This document shows, in pieces, positions 14,112 to 28,920 of a stretch of 64,000 nucleotides of DNA. Origin of the DNA: Eledone cirrhosa. Lineage: Eukaryota. The notes under the pieces were generated by a model. That model saw only the letters and a list, made by a program, of their open reading frames with translations, had not been told where the DNA came from and searched no databases. Within the stretch, counting starts at the first letter, position 1, and every line of letters starts with the position of its first letter. Both the position numbers and the translations under genes were made by a program. The DNA lies in the NCBI GenBank assembly GCA_964016885.1, contig OZ024759.1, forward strand, positions 15,934,001 to 15,998,000. Direction: 5' to 3'.

Positions 14112-14431
14112 ATGAAAGGTATAGAAAACACTGCAGCGAAAAGCGAACAGCATTCCATAGTATATAAGTGACTATAGCGTCAAAATGGGAAAAATAGTTA
14201 ACGTAAGATGTGGGAAAAATAATTTAAACTCATCTCAAAGAGAATCAGGATATAAATTCATCTACAGAATTTAGTGAAATCCAGGGAAAAATCAATAGAG
14301 CCTTAACTCATGATAAAATAAAGTTCAAGATACCTATCCTTCAATTTGGAAAAACTTCAAATGCTCTGTATAGTCGTATATATATACAGAGAGAGAGATG
14401 GACGGATAAATATATATGTAAATATATAAAC

Positions 14432-14616
14432 GGCTTCTACAGGAGTAGAACTGTATACTTCGGGAGAAATCATCAGAAAAAGATTTCCTGATGATTTCTC
14501 CCGAATGAAACAGTTCTAATCCTGTAGAATCCATTTCTATATTAAATATGTATACTCTGCTATGTATTGAGTACCCTATTTACTGTGGTTACCCCTTGAT
14601 TGAACCCGGGATAAAC
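14432..14616 (+). mobile_element. Penelope-like terminal fragment (family C) with HHR at 14482-14531 and an inverted partial copy at 14432-14476
   Basis: TTC-CTGATGA-TTTCTCCCGAAT-GAA-ACAG-ttctaatc-CTGT-A-GAA; the downstream sequence matches 19533-19666 and 57060-57188. Confidence 0.75.
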
Positions 14617-14638
14617 ATATATATATAGAGAGATAGAG

Positions 14639-14700
<62 letters not shown>

Positions 14701-14702
<2 letters not shown>

Positions 14703-15301
14703 GTTTCTTTTATTTGCCACCAGGGCATCAAAAGTGGGACAAGTACAATGGGGGGAGTTTACAAAACAAGGCGTCCTCAATAAGGAGGAGGCAATAACAA
14801 TATATAAAAATAAAATAAAATATAACAAAAAATAAAATTTATAACAAAGTCCTCAATAGAGAGGAGGCGCCTTGGGGGGTCGCACACACCCCCGAAAAAA
14901 GTGTGCAATCCTTCTCCTCAGGAGCACAGAGAAGGGGTGCTCTCTTGGTCTTTCATCTTCCTCACCTATAGTCTGATGTAGAGTGAAGGCCCATTCACAC
15001 GGGCCATTCTCGCCACTTTCACCCATCTTTCATAAAAACGACTGGGGTGCAGCACCTCTCTCTCCATCCTGATCCTTCTTCCGAAATGATATCGGAAGAA
15101 ACAGACCAGTTGTTGGCCAGAGAGAAAGGTGTCTGACCTCAGTACTTTCAGAGTGGTCCACCATACAACCTCTTTCGCCATGGCTATTACGCACAGAAAC
15201 ACCGCCTCTCCTTCGTTTTTGAAGAGGGGAGGCGGCTTGATCGTTACAATGGACTCGGTGGTCAACCGGATCGGTCCCACCCTTGACAGCAGTTGTTCGA
15301 C
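14701..15301 (-). mobile_element. 5'-truncated Tx1/L1-clade LINE (ORF2 C-terminus plus 3'UTR) inserted in (GATA)n
   Basis: Peptide ...AMAKEVVWWTTLK...RIRMEREVLHPSRFYERWVKVA... resembles L1/Tx1 ORF2 ends; AATAAA at the 3' end; (GATA)n on both sides; second copy at 50553. Confidence 0.75.
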
Positions 15302-15358
<57 letters not shown>

Positions 15359-15471
15359 TAAATAAAATGGATAATGGAATATTTTAATTGAAAAGCTCAT
15401 TAAAAGAACCGATAACCTCGTTTCTAAATTTTAAAGTTTTATAGGTTGAAGTACGTTTTCCTTTAGAAAAT

Positions 15472-15549
<78 letters not shown>

Positions 15550-15585
15550 TATATGTATATATATATATATGTATATATATATATG

Positions 15586-15659
<74 letters not shown>

Positions 15660-15661
15660 CA

Positions 15662-15769
<108 letters not shown>

Positions 15770-15919
15770 TATAGATATATATATATATATAGATATATAT
15801 ATATATATATAGATATATAGATATATATATATATATATAGATATATAGATATATATATATATATATATAGATATATAGATATATATATATATATATAGAT
15901 ATATATATATATATATATG

Positions 15920-16140
15920 TGGTAAATATTGATGTAATTCAATTCGAGGACTCAATGTACATTTATCCACAAAGGAATGACGGATTATTTTTAGAATAAA
16001 GAAATACAAAGTAGTTTATATGTTAAAGTCTTTTATTGATAAGGTCATGATACATATTCCGATGGCGACAGAGGTCACGCGATTCCGCGTAGTACCCAGT
16101 GCCGTGATCTCATCAGACAGCTTCTTACATAATAAGGTTA
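15920..16140 (-). mobile_element. Penelope-like terminal fragment (family D) with degenerate HHR at 16044-16121
   Basis: Minus strand GCTGT-CTGATGA...GGAA-TATGTA-TC; homologous to 51283-51778; ends in (TA)n. Confidence 0.65.
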
Positions 16141-16294
16141 CAATAAGGTTACAATCAGGAGATAAAATTGATGTTACAAGTGAACGGACAAACACGATGT
16201 CCATGAAGCGAATTCCGAGGGGAACGGGCATTCGCTTCGTTCCCTTGTCACATCAATTTGGGATTATCTTTGATTGTAACCTCACAGGGTCGAT

Positions 16295-18125
16295 TAAATA
16301 AAGTACCAGTAATGCACCAGGGTCTATTTAATGTATATATGTTTTTTAAAAAGATAGATTGTTAGTAGAAGACCGAAAAGAAATAATTTTGCACTCAGCA
16401 TCTCGAGTTACATAAGAAGAATCTTAAGTAGCTTAACAAAGGTTATATACTCTCTGTCTTAGATATATATTACTTGTTATCTGTTAAATGCAATTTTACT
16501 CTTTATATTTTTTCATTGTTTGTTTTATCTTTAATGTGAGGAATTGACAGAGTTGTTAGAACCTCGGATAGAATAGTGTGCGGTGTTCGTTGTGACTCTC
16601 TGGTCTCTGAGTTCAAATCCCACCCAGGTCAACTTTGTCATTGCAATGGGATCGAACGCGAGTTATAAGGATTGCGAAACGAACTTCTTAATCATTTGAC
16701 CCCACAGAATCCACAAACTAATTTCTAGAAAACGACACACACACACACACACACACACAATCACACATACATGCACATACACAGACACACACATGCACAC
16801 ACACACACACACACACACACACAGTCACAGACAGATATGCACACACACACACAGACACACATGCACACACACACACACATTCACACACACAGACACACAC
16901 ACTCAGACAGACACACATATACACACACAAATCTGTTAACTTACATTTGCTGAAATTACAAAATATATCAACCATAATTAAAGTATGGGCCATTAATTAA
17001 CGCAATCAATGACTCATTACAAGTCCATAAAAAAGTGTAATTAACGCATTAAAGAGAATATCTGCTGATATTTTAGACGAAATTTCATTGGCTGTTATCT
17101 AGTACAGCTTGTGTCTCCCCATAGTCATTGGTTTTGTTTATAAACAAATGCTAATATCAATTTATATCAATTCCAGTTGTCGTCTTTGCTTTTGATAAAG
17201 TAATTATTATTGGTGGATTGGCAGTATCGGTAGAGAGACGGACGCCATGCTTTCCAGCAAAGAGTTACGACCCTTTATGATCTGATTTCAAATCCCGCCG
17301 AGGTTGGCTTTGCCTTTCATCCTTATGGGGTCGATACCATAAAGTGCCAGTAACGGACTGGGGTCGATTTAATCGACTTACCCCTCCCCTATAATTATTG
17401 GCCTTGTGCCTATATAAGAACCCAATATTAGGTGGATTGGCAGAATCGGTAGAGGGTCTGACGCCATGCTTTGCAGCATAGAGTTACGGCTTTGTGTCTA
17501 TTATTAGTATTGTTGTTGTTGTTGTTGTTATTGTTGTGATGGGCACAGGATTGGCAGTATCGGTAGAGCGTTGGACACCATGCTTTGTGGCATAGAGTTA
17601 CGGCCTTTTACCTTCTGAATTCAAATCGCGCCGAGGTTAGCTGTGCCTTTTATCCTTACGGGGTCACAAAAATAAAGTACCAGTCACGCAATGGGGTCGA
17701 TTTAATGTATATATTTTTCTTTTAAAAAAACAGCAAAAAAGATAAATTGTTAGTAGAAAACCGAAAAGAAAATATTTTGCACTCAGCATCTCGAGTTACA
17801 TAAGAAGAATCTTAAGTAGCTTAACAAAGGTTATATACTCTCTGTCTTAGATATATATTATATTTTTTATCTGTTAAATGCAATTTCAGTCTTGACATTT
17901 TTCCTTGTTTGTTTTATCTTTAATGTGAGGAATTGACAGAGTTGTTAGAACCTCGGATAGAATAGTGTGCGGTGTTCGTTGTGACTCTCTGGTCTCTGAG
18001 TTCAAATCCCACCCAGGTCAACTTTGTCTTTGCAATGGGATCGAACGCGAGATATGAGGATTGCGAAACGAACTTCTTAACCATTTGACCCCCACGGAAT
18101 CCACAAACTAATTTCTAGAAAACAA
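16295..18125 (+). repeat. Local direct duplication (~440 bp: 16295-16735 and ~17672-18125) enclosing a SINE cluster at 17211-17705
   Basis: Near-identical GCACTCAGCATCTCGAGTTACATAAG...CCACAAACTAATTTCTAGAAAAC at both sites, each followed by (CA)n. Confidence 0.9.
16950..17113 (+). repeat. Unclassified ~165-bp dispersed repeat (second copy 63414-63572)
   Basis: Shared CCATAATTAAAGTATGG.CCATTAATTAAC.CAATCAATGACTCATTA...GCTGTTATCTAGTACAGCTTGT. Confidence 0.8.
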
Positions 18126-18139
18126 CACACACACACACA

Positions 18140-18225
<86 letters not shown>

Positions 18226-18710
18226 TACACACACACTCACGCACAGACACACACATGCACTCACAGACACACATACAGACACACACATACAGACACACAC
18301 ACAGACACACATGCACGCATTAAAACGACAAATTGACAGAGTTGTTAGAACTTCGGATAGAATAGTTTGCGGTATTCATTGTGACCCTTTGTTCTTTGAG
18401 TTCAAATCCCAGCAAGGTCAACATTGCCTTTCATCAATTCGAGGTAGATAAAAACAAAAGTACCAGTCAAGTACTGGGGAACGATTCTTCCTCTATATCT
18501 CTTTCCATTCTTCTCTCACTTGTTACCTCTATTCCTTTCTGCGAGAAATTTGCTGTATTAAGACTTATTAAGGAGATGGGCTCTGCCAGGTTTTAAAATG
18601 TCCAAGAAACGCCGTATGTCGATGCAGCGCCCCTACAATTCCTTCAAGAGTTACGAGACTATGCATGCATACATGGATACGACTCGAGTTTATTAGGAGA
18701 ATTTTAATTA

Positions 18711-18880
18711 ACGTATTTCCCGGCGCCGAAGATGCTTCGTCCTCGAGGACGCACCCCAATTTTGACAACCAAAAATTTGAAAAGAAAATAATAAGCAACC
18801 TTCGGCCTCCAGGGCGCATGGTAGATTTTTTTAGACTTATTTTAGGGAAAAAGTAGCGTCTTTGATGCCGGGAAATACAG
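18711..18880 (+). mobile_element. Tc1/mariner (pogo/Tigger-like) MITE
   Basis: TA-flanked; TIRs (C)CGTATTTCCCGGCG...TGCCGGGAAATACAG; an internally deleted copy lies at 19092-19211 and an inverted copy at 43360-43530. Confidence 0.75.
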
Positions 18881-19427
18881 TATGTATCGAGTGGTAGGTG
18901 CGCCAACGAAACATACGCTCCTCTCTTGGGCACTTTAAACCTGACAGAGTCCATTACCATTCCATGTCTGAGCACAGCCAGTTTCTTTCGAGAGAGAGGG
19001 AGAGAGTGAGAGAAAATCCACCCCAGTACTGGACTGGTACTTTTCTAATTGGCCTGTAAATGTAAGTGTTAAGTATTGCTAAAAAGAGGTACCGTATTCC
19101 CCTTCGTCCTCGAAAAGAAATAATAAACAACCTTCGGCCTCCAGAATGAATGGTAGATTTTGGAGACTTATTTTATGGAAAAAATAGCGTCTTTGACACC
19201 AGGAAATATGCTAGTTTAACAAAAATCACACATACTGTTTTAGATGTCTTAATTTGTATCTGTTAAAAGCTATTTCACTATTTTTTTTTTTTCATTGTAT
19301 ATTTTCTCTTTCTTCCTTTGTCTAATAAACCCTTCTCTTCCTCTCTTTTTTCTCTTTATTATGGTATTTATAGTCTTTTCACAAACTGCTTTCCTTCTCT
19401 CTTTTAAGTACCATCGTACCTTAAAGA

Positions 19428-19532
<105 letters not shown>

Positions 19533-19666
19533 AGTTTATCCCGGGATCAATCGGAGGTAACCACAGTAAGTAAGGTACTCAATACATAGCAGAGTATAAA
19601 TACTTAATATAGAAATGGCTTCTACTGGACTAGATCTGTTTCATTCGGGAGAAATCATCAGGAAAA
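19533..19666 (-). mobile_element. Penelope-like terminal fragment (family C) with HHR at 19618-19664
   Basis: Minus strand TTC-CTGATGA-TTTCTCCCGAAT-GAAACAG-atctagtc-CAGT-A-GAAGC. Confidence 0.7.
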
Positions 19667-19726
19667 CTTTTTTAAATATATATATGTGTGTGTGTGTATA
19701 TATATATATATATAAATACAGATGTG

Positions 19727-19797
<71 letters not shown>

Positions 19798-19809
19798 CAT
19801 ATATACAGA

Positions 19810-19899
<90 letters not shown>

Positions 19900-19909
19900 C
19901 AGATGTGTG

Positions 19910-19955
<46 letters not shown>

Positions 19956-19996
19956 TATACAGATGTGTGTGTGTGTATATATATATATATATACAG

Positions 19997-20039
<43 letters not shown>

Positions 20040-20336
20040 TCTCTGCGTGACGTAGACATATTAAGATTGTCTGTTAGGCGATGATCAGGAGATAATAGAC
20101 CTTGATTAATTAGTATCTTCATTAATGATTCATTTTGTTTTTATTTACTAAATCGAAAATGCTAGGAAGCTAGAGAAGAAAGAAGGGAAAGGTTTTATGA
20201 AACAAAGTTCAGTGAAATAGGAGACACATTAAGATATTTTTATTCTACGGCGTTTAATTTAAATTTATTTCTCATCAACACTATAATGGGACGACGTTAG
20301 AGGAATTGGCGCCAAGTTAGGACTACCCGCATATTA

Positions 20337-20367
<31 letters not shown>

Positions 20368-20415
20368 ATATATATATATGTATATATATGTGTGTATATA
20401 TATATATATATAAAT

Positions 20416-20553
<138 letters not shown>

Positions 20554-20611
20554 GTATGTATATACACACATATCTATACATATATACATATATATATATG
20601 TGTATATAAAG

Positions 20612-20659
<48 letters not shown>

Positions 20660-20705
20660 GTATATAAAGACACAAATATATATATATATATATACGTATA
20701 TAAAG

Positions 20706-20789
<84 letters not shown>

Positions 20790-21301
20790 GTATATAAAGA
20801 CACATATATATATACACATATACATATATATATACATATACATATATATACATAAATATATATATACATATATATATACACACATATATATACATATATA
20901 TATATACACATATATATACATATATATACACATAAACTGATAGATACACACACACACACATACACATACTAATGCATATATAAATATATATATGTATTTA
21001 TGTGTGTGTATATATATATACATATACAAATAAATATAAAATATACACACTTTTATATATATGTATATATATATATATGTGGCTATGTATATATACATAC
21101 AAATATATAATATACATACATATATGTAGACAGATATGTGTGAGAGAAAGTGTATATGTGTGTGTGCGTGTGTATATATACATGAACTGGTATATTTACC
21201 TGTTTCCATTTTCATCAAATTCCTTTCTATCATTTTCCTACTTATTTTCTTTCCTTCTTCCCTTTCTTTGATTTATATATTTACTTATTTACATATTTAT
21301 T

Positions 21302-21354
<53 letters not shown>

Positions 21355-22009
21355 TTTGTTATCTATTTCATAGATTGTATCATTTGTATTATTTTCATTT
21401 ATCAATGTTTTCATTCCATTCCATTCCATTTCATACCAATTTTTTTCTCTCTACTTTTTTTTCTTCAGTTCTTCCTTCCTTCTTTTCTACTTTCAGTTTT
21501 TTTTTAAATTTCAAATTTCATTATATATATATATGTTGTTTTTTTTTTTAATATATATATTTTTTTCATTTATTCCTTTTTGGAGGGATTTCTTCACGAA
21601 AATGAAATTAAATGTTTTATTGAAAAGCTATTTAAAATGAAATATTTAATTATTTTCTCTTTTCGAGTTCTTTAAGAAATCGATTAGACTTTTGCGTTCT
21701 TTAAGGATTTACATTGTTAATAGCACTTTCCAATAGAATAATTCTTACTGCTCCTTTGAATAAATTCGCCATTTTTCTTATTGCTTCTGACAATACTGTT
21801 CGCTTGTCTCATGGTATATTGATTTTTTTTTATCTAATATATACTCTTATATTTCTTGTGATTTATATACATATATATATTATTTTATTTTTCATAATTT
21901 TTACTGTTAGTGTTGTATTCTAATTTGTGTTGACGTATTAATGTAATAACGTGTCAACGTGATGATAATGATGATGATGATGATGATGATCGTGTTGTTG
22001 TTGTCATTA

Positions 22010-22060
<51 letters not shown>

Positions 22061-22488
22061 GTATATATATGTTTGTATGTATGTCTATATGAATGTATAT
22101 ATATATATATATAATAGTATATATATGTTAGTATGCATGTCTATATGAATGTATATGTATATATATGTAAGTATATATATTTAAGTATATATGTATATAT
22201 GTATATATATATATGTATATATATATAAGTATATATATAAGTATATATGTTTTTATGTATGTGTATATGAATGTATATATATATATATATTGTTATACTT
22301 TGGGAGGGTCATGTTGCCAATAAGAAACACACGCATCAGTTGCTTTCACTTCAATTTATTATAAATTAAATTTATAAATTTAGGAATTTATAAATTTCCG
22401 GTTGGTTGGCTGGTTCCACAATATATATATATATATAAGTATATATATGTTTATATGTATGTGTGTGTGTGTATATATATATAGAGAG

Positions 22489-22578
<90 letters not shown>

Positions 22579-22667
22579 GTAGATAGATAGATAGATAGAT
22601 AGATATACATATATAGAAATAGCCGTCAAAACGGCTTGAGCTCTGCCGTCGGGGTCATACTTTTTTC

Positions 22668-22701
<34 letters not shown>

Positions 22702-23068
22702 TTGTGTCTGTCTATGTATATAGGAATAAATATGTATGTATATATGAATGGATGGATATAAATCTAGAAATATATTCTTTAGTGTACAAAATAATATATC
22801 AATAAAATATAGTTGTCAGAAGAAGTAATATAACACTATTTATCACTCGAATCAAAAAATGTAATGATAGAACATTGTTTACCATTTGTATCTGGCACTT
22901 CCGTTCTTCGTAGGACTTATCAAGATATAAAGTTAGTTGTTCTTAAAAGGATATTCAAACCGGAAGTCCCCAAAGTATATTTTTCTGATACGTTTTAAGT
23001 AAAGCTTTTAAGGTTTAGTTCCGGAGTGAATTTCTTTATAAAATATTTCTGACGGTATTGGGATAAAA

Positions 23069-23253
23069 ATGACGGCGTTGGTGATAAAGATGATGATGAT
23101 GATGATGATAAACATGATGATAACGTCAATGATGATGGTAATGATGATGATGATGATGATGAGGTTGATGATGAGGTTGATGATAATGATGATGATGATG
23201 ATGATGATGACGATGGTGACAACAATGATGATGACGGTGATAAAGATGATGAC

Positions 23254-23284
<31 letters not shown>

Positions 23285-23510
23285 GCAAAAATGAGGAGGA
23301 GGAGGAGGAGGAGGAGGAGGAGGAGCACGATGATGATGACGATCATGACGATCATGTCAATCATGACGACGATGATGATGATGATGATGACAACGATGAT
23401 GATGATAAAGATGATGATGATGATGATGATGACGACGATGATAAAGATGATGATGATGATGATGATGATGATTATGATGACAAAAATGATGTTGATGATG
23501 ACGATGATGA
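23069..23510. repeat. (GAT)n/(GAG)n microsatellite
   Basis: Directly visible. Confidence 0.95.
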
Positions 23511-23777
23511 CATTTCTAATCTCTTATATGGTTGCATGATCTTTTCTTTGATTTCGTTTCCATATTTGATTATTATTAATTTATCTGAATAATTAATCTA
23601 TGAATTAAATCATTCAGTTATTCCTTCGTTGCCTCGTTATATTTACTTTAACTAAATTTCATTAAAATACAAAATGGCGACATTTTTTTATACAATTGCT
23701 TTTCTATCTGCTTTACACTCGTTAAAGGTTTCTTACATTTGTAAATCTAAATCGGTCAACATTAATATTAACTCTTA

Positions 23778-24640
23778 TGGTGGATTGGCAGTATCGGTAG
23801 AGGGTCGGACGCCATGCTTTGCAGCATAGAGTTATGGTCCTTTATGTTCTGAGTTCAAATCCTGCCGAGGTTGACTTTGTCTTTCATCTTTACGGCGTCG
23901 ATAGAATAAAGTACCAGTAATGCACTGGGTTAATTGTTGGCCTTGTGCCAAAAGTAGAAACAAGTATTATTAACGGTGGATTGGCTTCCAGCATAGAGTT
24001 ATGGCCCTTTATGTTCTGAGTTCAAATCCCGCCGAGGTTAACTTTGTTTCTCATCCTTACGGGGTCGATAAAATAAAGTACCAGTCAGGCACTGGGGTTG
24101 ATTTAATCGACTTTCCCCTCTCCCAAAATGTATGGCCTTGTGCCTATATAACGAACTGCATTTGTGGGTCATTGGCTAGAGTACTAGACTAGGAAACTGC
24201 TGGTCACGTGATCGACTCCTGTCAACCTCAACACGCATCGCTTTTAGGGCGGTGGATTGGCAGTATTGGTAGAGGGTCGGATGCCATGCTTTGCAGCAAA
24301 GAGTTACGTCCCTTTATGGTCTGAGTTCAAATCCCGCCGAGGTTAACTTTGCCTTTCATCCTTAAGGGGTCGATAAAATAAAGCACCAGTAATGTACTGG
24401 GATAATTGCTGGCCTTGTGCCAAAAGTAGAAACAATTATAAACTCTTATTATGGTGGATTGACAGTATCGGTAGAGCGTCAGACGCCAGTTTTGCAGCAT
24501 GGAGTTATGGCACTTCATGTTCTGAGTTCAAATTCTGCCGAGGTTAACTGTGCCTTTCATCCTTACGGGGTCGATAGAATAAAGTACCAGTAATACACTA
24601 GGATAATTGCTGGCCTTGTGCCAAAACTAGAAACATTTAT
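23778..24640 (+). mobile_element. Cluster of ~4 OK-type SINE copies
   Basis: Repeated GGTGGATTGGCAGTATCGGTAGAG...GAGTTCAAATCC...GGCCTTGTGCC. Confidence 0.9.
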
Positions 24641-24649
24641 TGTTAACTC

Positions 24650-24888
24650 TTAGCTCGGCTTGTCCCGTCGAGAACATAGGTAAACCAACCGTCTCCAGTG
24701 CTGTCGGTCGGCGGCAGCTCGTTGATATCCGTGCCAGATGATGTTGGCGGTTTGTAGCTCGCTTTGGAATGTCCGCCGCCAGGTCATCTTCGGTGGGCCT
24801 CTTTTCCGCTTAGCTTCGGAGGAAGTCAACGTCATCGCTGGTTTGGACGGGGGTGGGGTTCTGGGAGGCGCAGAATGTGACCGGCAAA
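24650..24888 (-). mobile_element. RTE-clade LINE 3' fragment
   Basis: Peptide KRKRGPPKMTWRRTFQSEL...W...AADRQHWRRLV.LC matches the RTE ORF C-terminal pattern. Confidence 0.8.
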
Positions 24889-24908
24889 ACGTTATTAAGA
24901 TTTACAAA

Positions 24909-25420
24909 GGGCGGTGGATTGGCAGTATCAGTAGAGGGGCGGACGCCATGCTTTCCAGCATAGTTACGTCCCTTTAGGATCTGAGTTCAAATCCCGCCGA
25001 GGTTGACTTTGCCTTTCATCCTTACGGAGTCGATAAAATAAAGTACTAGTAATGCACTGGCCTTGTGCCTAAAGTAGAAACAATTATGATTTACATATTT
25101 CTATGAAGGGCCGTTAATTGACAGAGCCATTACAACGTCGGATAAAAATGTTTGTGATATTCGTTTCGGCTCTCTGCGCTCTGAATTCAAAACATTTCGA
25201 GGTTGATAAAAAATATGTTCCAGTCGAGTACTAAGATGGATTATTCCATATCTCTCTCACTTCCTCTATATTTCTTTCAATCACACTCTCTTTTTCTAGA
25301 AGAAATCAGCTGCGTTCAGACCTGGAAAGGAGATTAGCTCCACCAACTTTAAAATACCCAAGAAATGTCGTATGTTACTACACAACCCCTACGACTCCAC
25401 CAGGAGTTACGCGTTCATGC
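24909..25420 (+). mobile_element. OK-type SINE followed by a diverged long-tailed SINE
   Basis: Same motifs as the other copies. Confidence 0.75.
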
Positions 25421-25714
25421 GTACTTACATATCTTTATGCCATGTCGAAAGTAGTGAATTATACTCTTTCGTAGAGATGCGGTTAGGCTACAGTTGTCAG
25501 AAATGTTTGCTGCAGAATGTCCCTGCGTTCAATTTGTGCTATTTTGACGACCTAATTTTGTTTATTGCTTGCCAACTTAGTCCCTATTACATAACGGTAA
25601 CTTTGTATCATGGATAGATGCATAATACAATATTGGAAACAGCAGTTGGCTGATTCACTGCCAATACTCTGCCAATTTTCCGTCTCTATTCTGCTGATTC
25701 ACCGCATAAAGTGT

Positions 25715-26060
25715 ACCAAATCACCGCCTATAGTTTACTAATTTGTTGCCTATAGTTTACCGAATCATCGCCTATTGTTTATAATTCGTTGGCTATATTT
25801 ACCAAAACCACTTATAGTTTAAAAAATTGATGTCTATGGTTTACCAAATCATCGTCTATAGTTTAAAAATTCGATGTCTATAGTTTACCAAATCATCGCC
25901 TATTGTTTAAACATCTGATGTTTATAGTTTACCAAATCATTGCCTATAAGTTTACCAAATCTCTGCTTATATTTTTAAAATTTACTGTCTATAGTTTACC
26001 AATCATCGCCTATAAGTTTACCAATTCGCTGCCTATAGTTTACCAATTCACTGCCTATAG
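25715..26060. repeat. ~21-bp minisatellite (GCCTATAGTTTACCAAATCATC)
   Basis: About 16 diverged tandem units. Confidence 0.9.
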
Positions 26061-26261
26061 TATTCACAAGTACTGAGTGTCCGTATGGTATTGAATTATC
26101 TCTGGAAATATACACCAAATGAGGTTAGAGTGTCTAATGTAGTGACATAGTCACATGATATTCTACTGAAGTAGAATATATATATATATAGTTGAAACTA
26201 TACTGTAGCATGATGTTATGTGATTTACAACATAAAACATATATCATGTGACTATGTCATG

Positions 26262-26460
26262 TGGAGGCCCGTAGCTGAGTGGTTAGAGAATTGGATTCAC
26301 AATCGTGAGGTTGTGAGTTCGATTCCCGAACCGGGCGATGCGTTATGTCCTTGAGCAAGACACTTTATTTCACGTTGCTCCTACCTGGAGTTGCAACCGA
26401 TAGATAGTATTAGCAACTGGAAAGACCAATGGAAACATTGTTTCCTCGGTCCGACTGTCG
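26262..26460 (+). mobile_element. tRNA-headed SINE (second type) ending in one 95-bp-module copy
   Basis: A-box-like TAGCTGAGTGG, B-box-like GTTCGATTCC, GTCCTTGAGCAAGACAC, then GGAAAGACCAATGGAAACATTG. Confidence 0.8.
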
Positions 26461-26563
26461 ATATATATATATATATATATATAGTTTCAAGTATAAGCGA
26501 AGAATCGCTGCTTTCACCCTTAACGTAGTTTCAAGTATATATGTATATATGTATATGTGTTTG

Positions 26564-26676
<113 letters not shown>

Positions 26677-26699
26677 ATGTATGTATATATGTATACATA

Positions 26700-26740
<41 letters not shown>

Positions 26741-26855
26741 TTATTAAAATAACAGATTAAAGTATATATATATATATATATACTACTCTACTACCCTAAG
26801 TATTAAGTACTCTGGTGCGTTATGGTCCATCTGGTTCCTTACCACAATTCCTTTG

Positions 26856-26951
<96 letters not shown>

Positions 26952-27082
26952 TATATATATAAACACACACACACATATATATATAAAGATATGAATATAT
27001 TTTTCACTCCTCAGTTATTTATCTGTTAACGTAATAGAATATTTATTTTTATTTTGGCTTATTCATCAGTTTTTGCCGGGTT

Positions 27083-27147
<65 letters not shown>

Positions 27148-27438
27148 ACGCACACGCACCACACACATACACACAGTTATATATACAACTATGTATGCAT
27201 ACATAACATTTGCTATGGCCTTTAATATCACTTTAAAAATCTAAATCTGATACTATATATGTTTATGTGTAAGTATATATATAAAATATATATATAATAT
27301 ATATATATATGCATACATAGCTACTATTTGCTATATCCTTTAATATCATTTAAAAAATCTAAATCGGATACTATATATGTGTAAATATATATATAAATAT
27401 CTATATCTATATGAATATATATATATATATATATACAT

Positions 27439-27477
<39 letters not shown>

Positions 27478-27626
27478 ATTCATATATGTATATGTGTGTG
27501 TGTGTATTTACAAGTACACAAATGTTTATTTCGAGGCATATTTCATACAAATGATGTACGATTCTATTGTCTGGAAAATCTTTTGAAGATTCTCACACAT
27601 TCTACCTTTCTCTCTCTTTCTGTATG

Positions 27627-27922
<296 letters not shown>

Positions 27923-28311
27923 TGTGTGTGTGTGTGTGTATGTGTGTGTGTATGTATGTCTGTAGGGTTGTATGTATATATATATATATATATAAATATA
28001 TGTAAATATGTTTATATATGTTTGTATGTATCTATGTATGTTAGCATGTGTATATTTGTATGTTTTGAGTTATATGTGCATATATACATATATTTCTGTA
28101 GCTACACGCGTGTATATGTGATTATTATATACTAAATTTGTATGTTCGTTTGTACGCTTGTATTGATATATTTATGTATTTTTATATGTATGTATGCATA
28201 TATGTATGTATATATGTATGTATGTATATATGTATGTATGTATTTATGTATGTGTGTATGTATGTATACATGTATGTATGTGTGTATGTGTGTATGTATG
28301 TATATATGTAT

Positions 28312-28920
28312 GTCAGGTCACCAGTTGGTGCTACTGGTAACATGTATCCCAGTACAACCTGTCCCATGGTCGGGTCGTTGGCGACTAAACTGGCAACCCC
28401 ACCAAGGTTTCTTGGTGAGGAGGGTGACTTTGGACATCCTGCAAGACTAAAAACAAAACCTGTCAAAGGACAACGGAGCTCTAAAGAGTCAATGGCCATC
28501 CAAAATCACCGGGAGAGATGACCCCTTAGACTTTGTCAAGGCAGAATTCTAGGAGCAGGAAAACTCTGATATAACACCTGCAAGCCTGATGGTATCCAAT
28601 GATGTTGACTTGTTCTTCTTTTTGGTAAATATCGTCTTGGTTAAGAGAGTGGGACTGCCTTTGTGCAGTGCCTTTGCTCACTATAAAAGCTTCACGGCTC
28701 AGGCATTGCTTTATATCTGGAAATCTCTCTGCACTTGTCGTCACATGGTACCATGGGCCCAGCACTATGTGTCAATAATTGTCACAAGTGTAGTGTTTGT
28801 ACCAGAGTTTTCAAGTTGCTGGCTGGACTAAAAAGTCACACTCGTTCAGCGCATCGGTAGGGGTTCTCCTACATGGATATAAAGTAGTGGCCGTACTCGA
28901 AAACGAGTTGGCAGCCACCA
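28312..28920 (+). mobile_element. ~610-bp non-autonomous retroelement, probably an internally deleted RTE derivative, flanked by (TATG)n
   Basis: Near-identical inverted copy at 53016-53623 with the same ends; 3' part encodes a C2H2 remnant [22 protein letters not shown]. Confidence 0.75.

Noticed and set aside
26262-26335. tRNA genes at A/B-box sequences (also 34565 and 43925)
   Set aside because: No complete cloverleaf, and each continues into a SINE body.
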